Below, piece after piece: positions 11,601 to 18,566 of a stretch of DNA of 64,000 nt; the first letter of the stretch is position 1, and each line of letters begins with the position of its first letter. The notes below the pieces were generated by a model that was not told the origin of the DNA, ran no database searches, and saw only the letters and a program-made list of their open reading frames with translations. The stretch lies in the sequence record OR805292.1. One strand, 5' to 3'. The position numbers were made by a program, and so were the translations under genes.

Positions 11601-12326
11601 ACCGGAACTATATCTAAATTCACTACAGTATTTAAAAATACAAACATGTATGTAGCTGGCGGATATTCGTTAGGTTTCATAGATAACATAGCGTTAGTAG
11701 ACGATACTGGATTAGGAACTGCACTTACTGTAGGAAGAACATATACCACAGGTATATATGATGGACCTGCGTATGTTGGTTTAGGTGCAAACTTTGCAGT
11801 ATATGGATACGAAACTGCAATACAATCTATACCGGGTTCTAGTGTAGTATTGGCAGGAAATCTATGCAGGCAAGCTGGCGCTGCAATCCGTGCAGACGGT
11901 TCTATATTGTCATTTAATGCCGGACAGTCTGTTTATATTGCAAACCAAGCACAAGATGGTATTGTGTTAAAACACGGAAGTAAACTAATACACAACGACG
12001 ATGCTAGTCAATCGTTTGTATTTGTGATATTCAATAATATCAAATCCGGCACAATCCTGTCGTTAGATACAAGTATATCTACTGCTAATTTTGAAGTTAA
12101 AAACTCAGAAGGCATAATGATAGCTGCAACTAGACATAGTACAGTTGATGCTAGATCAGCTATTGTATCTGGAACAATAACGGGCAATTTAGAAGTAAAT
12201 GCAACAGGCATGTCTGTAATCAACATAAACGAACCTGCAGGCAGTACAAATATACCATTGGCAGTTGTTTGTAATCCTGCTCATGGATCTAATACAGAAT
12301 TACAAAAAGGTTACATAGGATTATAA
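5616..12326 (+). CDS. Giant repeat-rich tail-fibre-like virion protein (2236 aa)
   Basis: Many copies of L-x-D-L-x-D-V...G-x-x-L-x-W-x-G-x-x-W and VATSG-x-Y-x-DL-x-NKP. Two T4 gp34-like repeats (VDTTSASVTITLP...GWKI). C-terminal YVATDGNDTTGSGTEESPFATL followed by a beta-helix-like region. Confidence 0.8.
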   Translation: MSIQSGPSVLNQFVPDFLIDSTPTNGQFLVYDETVQAFVNSTNPRIVLDSSNILDGSITIDKLAISGNKVPGYVLTITSAGGMAFLPVPGSGGQLPSLDELLDTNIVSPTVTQYLKWDGSAWVNSNITLNDVSDVSVISPTADDVLAWESGSWTNKKIDYTSLTNKPDLSDVVRSSELSPVAFSGDYNDLVNIPSATSNTIVGLTDVNDTALPNGFLRWNASGDEVEFITSISATVITGLAPVATSGNYNDLLGKPNLSVYPLRTEFSTVATTGNYSDLNNVPLTFAPSAHTHPAAQITGLASVATSNDYNDLVNKPTAMAPTAHTHAISDIIGLQNSLDSKLTVNLTTRLPKDVIYFNGTSWVNKQLSYTDISGTPNLDNYVTDSELSTVATTGRYSDLINKPELVENLNDLLDVDVSSKQTGNVLTWNGTAWVASAITQASIDWANISNKPSVFSPAAHTHDIVDVLGLQSLLDSKLDANIAFDGDYNSLTNKPGLIDLQDTFSPAVPNGFLRWNNLGTLVAYQDYIYPQDISGLSDVAISGQYSDLLGTPSLSTVAITGSYSDLIDAPPAFDGDYDSLTNKPFIPTNFDFKFIGLNDVSPTVQPGGYLKWNLNGSFVVSSANIPATDVAGLSVVSTTGQYSDLLGKPLLATVSSSGSYTDLINIPTEFNPAVHTHNIADISGLQAALDNKLNTSDAFSGDYNDLTNAPTNSSYSLVGLSDTNSVPVANGFLRWNASGSSVEYIQTIPVNAITGLAPVASSGQYADLQGTPDLSDYVLSVSLADIATTGEYSDLINAPDLSVYANKTDLSDVATTGQYSDLLGIPTQFTPTVHVHNVSQISGLATVATSGSYNDLSNKPSFANVATTGSYDDLNNKPSIPTNGSFSLLGLNDTNNTPVADGILRWNSSANQVIYANTIDAQSVSGLATVATIGKLSSLSDVDLIGLNQNEILQWNGSAWVPVPYNPNQIQAYIESGNTKVSTNDILDSIVLTAGPTTGNIIFELGNTNSSIILNPVANNVDALISSTSRIKLDSSTGISLGNISYPMTDGTVGQAVVTNGAGQLSFETVVKPSQLATVATSGNYNDLTNKPTLVTELNGLADVRMRDTNGNYLAQPEDVLTYSNGIWQARPNTSSSFIGLSDTQNITLPEDRANAYLRWDTTGNLIIYEDSISASVIAGLAEVATTGDLHDLINVNVNLPDMNNPATQAVWGLIWDRQNQRWINYNLRNIAGSGGSTVVALNDLTDVTLTFPVVDGNVLRATVQPDNSIVWQNKQLSYSDLTGTISMSLLQLTDTSSSAVPNGFLRWDSSGNTVQYITTISTNDISGLAPVATSGNYNDLSNTPAIPASINDLADVNTVSPVPTNGYVLTWDSSSNNWIAKEPATSPSGSTALADLTDVSLSDLTASDVLKYNGTTWVNEPVTYSELTDLPTFALVAFSGDYNDLTNKPSGSTTSILDLTDTADTALPNGFLRWNASGDEVLYQSSINVSDIIGLSSVAISGDFNDLSNKPENNSYYFRKLADAGNPQPNTFIKYPAFTIPPGSDIDDVNPILEYVSSINALTDIDNLAPVATNGILGSLVDVNLNSVEDGQVLTYDAVTNSWINKNSSGSPVVTSWTKINGNYTVTGSEYLLVDTTSASVTITLPVAPTENMVIRIADWKGTFRTNSCVVNTNGMPLMGASMDNTLTIQNQNASIELTFVDTTYGWKITDGIGEISKQNIPVTNWRTVDSSSTPAMLIAQPGEAIYVNTNNGAVTVKLPTGASVNAVVRIADLLGTYDKASCFVDGNGNPIMGKNEILEIANENASIEFTYVDSVVGWKVTDGIGELGRKTDIASDSDIIVYVATDGNDTTGSGTEESPFATLNAAFLSLDGKFVNSSAEIIVRVAEGVYEPTNPIAFSHIQGMNVKLIGELPQASSSFTVTNITNDSGLAKVTMQLSSVSDYEVGDIIKITSAATMLECVEIITAINTGSNTLEIVIPNSVLADVSDYTGYTGTISKFTTVFKNTNMYVAGGYSLGFIDNIALVDDTGLGTALTVGRTYTTGIYDGPAYVGLGANFAVYGYETAIQSIPGSSVVLAGNLCRQAGAAIRADGSILSFNAGQSVYIANQAQDGIVLKHGSKLIHNDDASQSFVFVIFNNIKSGTILSLDTSISTANFEVKNSEGIMIAATRHSTVDARSAIVSGTITGNLEVNATGMSVININEPAGSTNIPLAVVCNPAHGSNTELQKGYIGL
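6243..6292 (+). repeat. 50-bp perfect direct repeat; second copy at 10014-10063
   Basis: actgcactacctaacggattcttgcgctggaacgcaagcggtgatgaggt is identical at both positions. Confidence 0.95.
6330..6372 (+). repeat. 43-bp perfect direct repeat; second copy at 9600-9642, 30-bp partial copy at 8853-8882
   Basis: gggttagctccggttgctactagtggaaattataatgacttat is identical at both positions. Confidence 0.95.
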
Positions 12327-12327
12327 T

Positions 12328-12714
12328 ATGTCTAATTTAAATGATTATTTCGGCGGAACATCTAATAGCACTGGAAGTTATCCCAGTGCTATTCCTGCAA
12401 AAAGAATTAATACTTCTGCAACTACTATTACATCTGGCGAAACTAGAGACTTTATTTTAGGAGTATCATCGGGTGCTGTGTTATTCCTCGCTGTCTCTAC
12501 AATAATAGGTAACCAAACAGACACATACGAACTTTATATAAAAATAGGATCTAATATAGTAATAGATTTCGAAACAATAACTGGTAATTTTAATACAAAT
12601 CAACCTGCATTTTTATTAGGTTCGGGTACAGCAACCCTTACAGTACATAATACATCTGCAACAGATATGATGTTTAGTTCAAACACATATTTTGCACCAA
12701 TATCTCTTAGTTAA
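12328..12714 (+). CDS. Small putative fibre-associated protein
   Basis: 128 aa, starts 1 nt after the stop of the giant gene; N-terminus MSNLNDYFGG is shared with the next gene. Confidence 0.75.
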   Translation: MSNLNDYFGGTSNSTGSYPSAIPAKRINTSATTITSGETRDFILGVSSGAVLFLAVSTIIGNQTDTYELYIKIGSNIVIDFETITGNFNTNQPAFLLGSGTATLTVHNTSATDMMFSSNTYFAPISLS

Positions 12715-12740
12715 TAAAAGGGCTTTTAAGCCCTTTTATT
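12713..12740. terminator. Bidirectional intrinsic terminator
   Basis: aataaaagggc-ttttaa-gcccttttatt. Confidence 0.85.
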
Positions 12741-12776
12741 ATATTTTACCTATGTTAAAATACTACTAAAATCTGG

Positions 12777-12782
12777 TAAATA
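12777..12782 (+). promoter_or_regulatory. Late promoter core (TAAATA)
   Basis: After the terminator, upstream of ATG 12830 (AAGGA SD). Confidence 0.5.
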
Positions 12783-12829
12783 TTGTGATAACAATATAAT
12801 AGATTTTAGCTAAGTGTAAAAGGAAACAT

Positions 12830-15800
12830 ATGTCTAATTTAAATGATTTTTTTGGATCAAGTGGATCAGAAGGCGGCGGAGCCGAAGTTAAAAGACTAGA
12901 CGACTTAGTAGACGTTTCTGTAGCTAGTCCAACTAACGGTCAAACCCTTGTTTTTGACAACACAGGCTGGGTAAACAGAAAACTTAGCTACAATGATTTA
13001 TCTAATCTTCCGTCTATATCAAACACATTAAGTGGATTAGATGATGTAGACACTGCCGGTACTATAGCTGGATATGTATTACAATTTAACGGAACAAAAT
13101 GGGTGGGTATGCCTGCCAGTAGTTCTATTTCGTTAGACGATTTATCTAATGTTGCTATTACAACACCCTCAATAAACCAAACACTGCTATTTAATGGATC
13201 AACCTGGTACAACGGATCTGTAGATTTTAATAATTTAATAAACACACCCGTTATTCCTACACATTTAGGTGATTTGTCAGATGTTTCTGTCAGTGCTTCT
13301 ACTCAAGAAGGAAGTGTACTAGTTTTTAGAACAGGACAATGGATTGGTTCTGTAATAAATTACAACGATTTGTCAAATACTCCTACTATACCGCAAAACG
13401 ATTCATTTACATTCTTAGGTTTATCCGATACTAACGATATACCAGAAGCAAATGGGTTTTTAAAATGGAACAATTTAAGTACAGAAATAGAATATGTTAC
13501 TTCAATACCTTCGTCTGCTATAACAGGATTAGCCAATGTTGCAACAACCGGTTTATTATCCAATTTAGTAGATGTGAATGTCAGCGGTGTATCTAATGGC
13601 CAGGTTCTAACATATAATTCCTCTTCTAGCACATGGGTTCCTACCACGCCATCAACTGGCGGCGGAACAAGTGATCCTACTGCTATTTTTAGTACAGACG
13701 GTAATACGTATATTAATACTGAAGAATTAGTAGACGAGCTAGTTTTAAAAACCGGACCTGGATCCGGAAATGTAAATGTCATTCTCGGTGGCAGCGGCAA
13801 GATTGTCGTCGAAGGTCAATCTCCGGAAATAATATCGGAAACTAGTTTAAAATTAACAGGTAGCAATTTATATTTAAATGAACTATCTTGGCCTACAACT
13901 GACGGAACGAGCGGTCAAGTTTTAGCTACAGACGGAAATGGAAATCTCTCATTTATAACAGTATCGTCCGGTGGAACTACTATACTCATAAACTGGCGCG
14001 GCGAATGGGAAGAAACTAGTTATAATATAAACGACGCAGTAAGTTATGCTGGTTCTAGTTATATATGTGTTGCTGAAGTAGCTGGCGGCGATATTTCTGT
14101 TCCGCCTAGCAGTACAAACTTAAATTGGAATATACTAGCACTAAAAGGTGAAGACGGATCATTCTTTACTTATAAGGGAACTTATGATTCTAATACTGAA
14201 TATGTAGATAAAGATGTAGTTTATTATAACGGTTCATCTTATGTAGTGTTAGACGGACAAGGACCTATTACAGGAATCACCCCTACTGACCAATCTAAAT
14301 GGGGTATAATAGCGTTAGCTGGTTCGGGAGGAACAGGCAGTGGTTTTACTTACAAAAATGAATATAATAATTCGGAAACTTATCAAGACCAAGACGTTGT
14401 TAGTTATGGAGGATCTTCATACATTGTTAGTCCTGGTAACGGTCCTGTTACTGGTATTTTGCCTACCGATTCTTCTATTTGGGGTATTATTGCACTCAAG
14501 GGTCAAGACGGGTCTGGAACAGGTAACCAGTCGCTTGAAGATTTAACTGATGTATCTAGTGCCACTCCTACTTCGGGGAATGTGTTAGTAGCTAACGGGT
14601 CATCATGGTCTTCTTCTAAGTTATCATATAGTCAACTCCAAGGTCTACCCACTTTATCTGTAGTTGCTACTTCTGGTAGTTATAATGACTTATTAGATAA
14701 ACCTTCTAATACAGGAACATTTATTGGATTATCAGATACTGATACTCCTTCCCTACCGAATGGATTTTTAAAATGGAATGCACAAGGAACATCTATATCT
14801 TATGTACAATCAATACCTTCAGAATCTATTTCTGGTTTGGCTACTGTTGCTACTACCGGTGATTATAGCGATTTAACTAATACACCTAACATACCAGTTG
14901 TGCTAGACGACTTGACCGATGTGAATTTAGTTACACCTCCTGTAACAGGACAAGCTTTAGTATACAACGGTACGTATTGGTTGGCAGGCAATGCTGGAAG
15001 CGGTTCTAGCACACTAGCATCATTAACTGACGTTAACTTAACTACTCCTACTAATAACCAAGTATTATCGTATGACAATACACAGAATTTGTGGATTAAT
15101 ACACAAATCGATTATGATGATATTTTAAATACACCTAGTATACCCGTAAATAATAGCTTTAGCTTGGTTGGGTTGAACGACACGGATAATTCTGCTATTC
15201 CGAACGCATTCTTAAAATGGAACTCAACTGGGAATTCAGTAGAATATGTTCAGTCTATTTCTGCTAGTAGTATAACAGGATTATCTACTGTTGCTACAAC
15301 TGGAGACTACAACGACTTAACTAATTTACCTTCTATTCCAGAAAATATAAGTGATTTAAATGATGTAGATACATCTACTGCACCTACTGACGGTCAATTA
15401 CTCATATATAGCGCAGCACTAGGAAAGTGGATTCCTGGAGATCAAAGCGGTACTAGTCCGTCTCCGGGCGGCTTCCCCGGCGAATGGTTAAAAATCAATT
15501 ATACCCCTGGTAATTTAATAGGTACAATCGAGTGTTCGCCTAACATATCATACACTATAGTAGATAATGTTGCAAATAATAATCTTACTTTAGATTTAGT
15601 ATTTGCAAATAGACCATATCCGCCTGCTGGATGGATGTGGTATGGTTACTTGGTAACACAAGGCAGGTATGTATTAAAAATGCAAGATACTACTAGTCAT
15701 CCGCATACGTTAGAGCTTACAACTACTGAAAATCCATTTGGAACAGGAACTGGAAAATTATCAGGATTCCAGTGCAGGGTATCAACTACTGGAGCCCAAA

Positions 15801-15850
15801 GTTATGGTCCTCTTCAGCCTACGCATGCATATGTGATATTTGGGTGGTAA
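12830..15850 (+). CDS. Repeat-rich tail-fibre-like virion protein (1006 aa)
   Basis: Same LDDLxDV/VATTGxYxDL repeats as the 2236-aa protein; three ~60-aa aromatic repeats (Y-x-x-x-D-x-V-x-Y-x-G-S-S-Y); distinct C-terminal tip domain. Confidence 0.8.
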   Translation: MSNLNDFFGSSGSEGGGAEVKRLDDLVDVSVASPTNGQTLVFDNTGWVNRKLSYNDLSNLPSISNTLSGLDDVDTAGTIAGYVLQFNGTKWVGMPASSSISLDDLSNVAITTPSINQTLLFNGSTWYNGSVDFNNLINTPVIPTHLGDLSDVSVSASTQEGSVLVFRTGQWIGSVINYNDLSNTPTIPQNDSFTFLGLSDTNDIPEANGFLKWNNLSTEIEYVTSIPSSAITGLANVATTGLLSNLVDVNVSGVSNGQVLTYNSSSSTWVPTTPSTGGGTSDPTAIFSTDGNTYINTEELVDELVLKTGPGSGNVNVILGGSGKIVVEGQSPEIISETSLKLTGSNLYLNELSWPTTDGTSGQVLATDGNGNLSFITVSSGGTTILINWRGEWEETSYNINDAVSYAGSSYICVAEVAGGDISVPPSSTNLNWNILALKGEDGSFFTYKGTYDSNTEYVDKDVVYYNGSSYVVLDGQGPITGITPTDQSKWGIIALAGSGGTGSGFTYKNEYNNSETYQDQDVVSYGGSSYIVSPGNGPVTGILPTDSSIWGIIALKGQDGSGTGNQSLEDLTDVSSATPTSGNVLVANGSSWSSSKLSYSQLQGLPTLSVVATSGSYNDLLDKPSNTGTFIGLSDTDTPSLPNGFLKWNAQGTSISYVQSIPSESISGLATVATTGDYSDLTNTPNIPVVLDDLTDVNLVTPPVTGQALVYNGTYWLAGNAGSGSSTLASLTDVNLTTPTNNQVLSYDNTQNLWINTQIDYDDILNTPSIPVNNSFSLVGLNDTDNSAIPNAFLKWNSTGNSVEYVQSISASSITGLSTVATTGDYNDLTNLPSIPENISDLNDVDTSTAPTDGQLLIYSAALGKWIPGDQSGTSPSPGGFPGEWLKINYTPGNLIGTIECSPNISYTIVDNVANNNLTLDLVFANRPYPPAGWMWYGYLVTQGRYVLKMQDTTSHPHTLELTTTENPFGTGTGKLSGFQCRVSTTGAQSYGPLQPTHAYVIFGW

Positions 15851-15853
15851 TAT

Positions 15854-17827
15854 ATGATTTTATCTATACCTAATAAAGTAATTCAACTGAATATACAATC
15901 AGCAGTTGGTAAAGACTATTGGCCGTACAATCAAGGTGACGAATTCTGGGAAAACGGAAGTTCTCCCAGATTTTATACATGGATTATATCTGCAACCGTT
16001 ATTCCGCAATTTCATAGTTACGAAAACACAAGAGAACCGTATACCTATAACGGTTTAGATTTAAATGTAGGGGATTGGATATCTAACACTGATATACCGC
16101 AAGCTTTTGAAATTATTTCTATAACTGAAAAAACAGAAACATCAATAGTTGCAATAATTAGAGATACATTCAGGTATAATACATTTTCTGCAATTTCACA
16201 AGATGGATTAATAAGTCCCCAATTAGGTAATAATATATTATTCACTCTTAGTGTAGATGGAATGCCATTATTAGATCCATTACCGGCTTCTATAAACAAA
16301 TATGGTTTTGTTTCATCGTTAGATAGTAGATTTAGAAAAGAAAAGAAAAATGAAATATTACAATTATACAAAGAAAATAACGGATTTATAAAAGGCGATA
16401 TATTATCTTTAGATCCTGTCGCTGGATACATATTATCAGACAATAACATTACTCATAAAATTTTAGGGACAGTATACAGTTCGGGACCGGGACCAAATGA
16501 TTTCATAGTTTCTCCTGTAAATGTTTTTAGTAAAAACTATCAAGCATCTGTATTAGGCCAAATCGGTGACACTTTATATATTTCTGATACAGATCCCGGA
16601 AAGTTAACTACTGAAAATACAGGTGTTCCTGCATATGTAAAAATAACAAATGCAATACAAGGAACATCTATTACAACAAAAAGCACAGATAATATGACAA
16701 TTGTTGTAGGAAACACATTTTCTCTAAATAATTCTAACATAGTTATACCTTCTACTAATATTCAAGATCTCGTAAATAGAATTAATACATTTACTATCGA
16801 TACAGGAATAGAAAGCTCTTTGCAGTTGGCGCCTACTAGTTGTGTGTCAAATACAGCTGACATGGCATTCGGTGGTATATTCGTTGGTATAACTCCGCCG
16901 GGTTCAGCAAAAATAAACAATGTTGAAATAATATTCAATAGCGACACTGCTAGCCCAGGTCAATGGGGTGAAGCAAATGATGTTGCTATAGCTATTAATA
17001 ATGCAAACATACCTGGCATAGTAGCAATAGCAGAGAATGGGCAAGTCACATTAACTAACACGTTAGGAACAGAGATAGTTATAGAAAATATAAGTAATGA
17101 AAGTTTTGGTTCTCCTATAGCAGGTCCAAATTCTGCAACCGGATTGCCGTTATACACACCTGCTGCAACTAACAGTTTTATGAAATTTGTTAGTTTAACA
17201 GGCACCGGAATAATATTTAAAAATATATTAGGAAATCCAATAGACGAACTCGGTTTACTATCTAACGAAAATGGAATGCCTGCATATGTTATGTCAGTTG
17301 CTAACGGCATAAGAACAGCAGACACGTATGTAGTAGCAAATATATCTGCAAGAGATGCATTAACTCCGTTAACGGGCGATCAAGCATATGTAATTGACGG
17401 AATGTTACCGAACGGATCCAAGGCAGGCGAATGGGCACTATATTTATGGAACGGAAATAGTTGGATAAAAACAGCCGATGAAGATTCTGCAAAAACAGAT
17501 GCAAGTTCTATAGAACTAGAAATACAGTATAATTCCTCAGAAGCTGTTACTATAGGAAAAATGAGTAATAATTCTAAAGTTACGCAAATATCTATTACTG
17601 TAGAAGAAATATTCAGTAACGAAAATGCAACATTGTCTATAGGAACAGATATTAATAACACAGACATATTAATGAGTTCTGATTTTATAGATTTAACTGT
17701 AGAAGACACTTATTTTATAACACCTAATGTATATTTCGATTCTGGAACCGATACAGAAATTGTAGCTTATTTGGATAGTAACGGTTCTACTACCGGACGA
17801 GTAAAGATAATTGTATCATACACATAA
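15854..17827 (+). CDS. Putative baseplate/tail structural protein (657 aa)
   Basis: Coupled to the fibre gene; beta-rich; C-terminal domain resembles that of the 894-aa protein. Confidence 0.65.
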   Translation: MILSIPNKVIQLNIQSAVGKDYWPYNQGDEFWENGSSPRFYTWIISATVIPQFHSYENTREPYTYNGLDLNVGDWISNTDIPQAFEIISITEKTETSIVAIIRDTFRYNTFSAISQDGLISPQLGNNILFTLSVDGMPLLDPLPASINKYGFVSSLDSRFRKEKKNEILQLYKENNGFIKGDILSLDPVAGYILSDNNITHKILGTVYSSGPGPNDFIVSPVNVFSKNYQASVLGQIGDTLYISDTDPGKLTTENTGVPAYVKITNAIQGTSITTKSTDNMTIVVGNTFSLNNSNIVIPSTNIQDLVNRINTFTIDTGIESSLQLAPTSCVSNTADMAFGGIFVGITPPGSAKINNVEIIFNSDTASPGQWGEANDVAIAINNANIPGIVAIAENGQVTLTNTLGTEIVIENISNESFGSPIAGPNSATGLPLYTPAATNSFMKFVSLTGTGIIFKNILGNPIDELGLLSNENGMPAYVMSVANGIRTADTYVVANISARDALTPLTGDQAYVIDGMLPNGSKAGEWALYLWNGNSWIKTADEDSAKTDASSIELEIQYNSSEAVTIGKMSNNSKVTQISITVEEIFSNENATLSIGTDINNTDILMSSDFIDLTVEDTYFITPNVYFDSGTDTEIVAYLDSNGSTTGRVKIIVSYT

Positions 17828-17864
17828 GACAGGTAAATATCTTTATTAACACGGATTGTATAAA

Positions 17865-18500
17865 ATGATAAAAAGTTTTCTTCTTAGTGCTGTATCTAAT
17901 GTTTTACAGTTTGGAAAAAAAGGTGGAAAAATAACATATACGCCTGAAACATCTAGTTTTAAAGTAGAAACGGATAGCAATGTATTATGTCCGATCGCCG
18001 TAGGACCGGCAACTGCAACTACACATGCCGTTCCTAAAAGTTATGTAGATGGAAGAACTACAAAGTACACAATGCAAGCTGACAAAACAGTTTCTGGTTC
18101 TACATTAAGTGCAATAACAGAATTTACTAGTATATCATTAGAAGCAAATACAACATATTCATACACGTTATTATTGTTATATTCTTCCAATAATACTGCT
18201 GCTGGTATAAAATATCAATTAATGACAAATGGATCATTGACCAGATCTTTTTCTAGTGTAGAAAATGCAAAAACAGGAACAGCATCAACACTTGTAAACG
18301 GTTTTGTTTTAGGAGCAAGTGCAACTATTACAGTAACTACAGTTGCTATTGCAAATAACTTGTATAATGTTTGGGTTCAAGGTTTTATAGAAAATTCTGG
18401 AGGATCACCAGACACACTAACTATATCTCTTGCTTCGTCGTCATCCGGCGCGTCGTGTTCTGCATACGCAGGTTCCCAGTTAGTTATGACTAGATTATAA
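17865..18500 (+). CDS. Putative virion fibre/spike protein
   Basis: Track start 17856 is TTG; ATG 17865 preferred. TAAATA at 17834-17839. N-terminus (LQFGKKGG...HAVPKSYVD) is paralogous to the 894-aa protein. Confidence 0.65.
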   Translation: MIKSFLLSAVSNVLQFGKKGGKITYTPETSSFKVETDSNVLCPIAVGPATATTHAVPKSYVDGRTTKYTMQADKTVSGSTLSAITEFTSISLEANTTYSYTLLLLYSSNNTAAGIKYQLMTNGSLTRSFSSVENAKTGTASTLVNGFVLGASATITVTTVAIANNLYNVWVQGFIENSGGSPDTLTISLASSSSGASCSAYAGSQLVMTRL

Positions 18501-18566
18501 TCTTAGCAAGTAAAAATACAAAAATACCGATAAATATCGGTATAATATATTGAAGGACTAATAACA

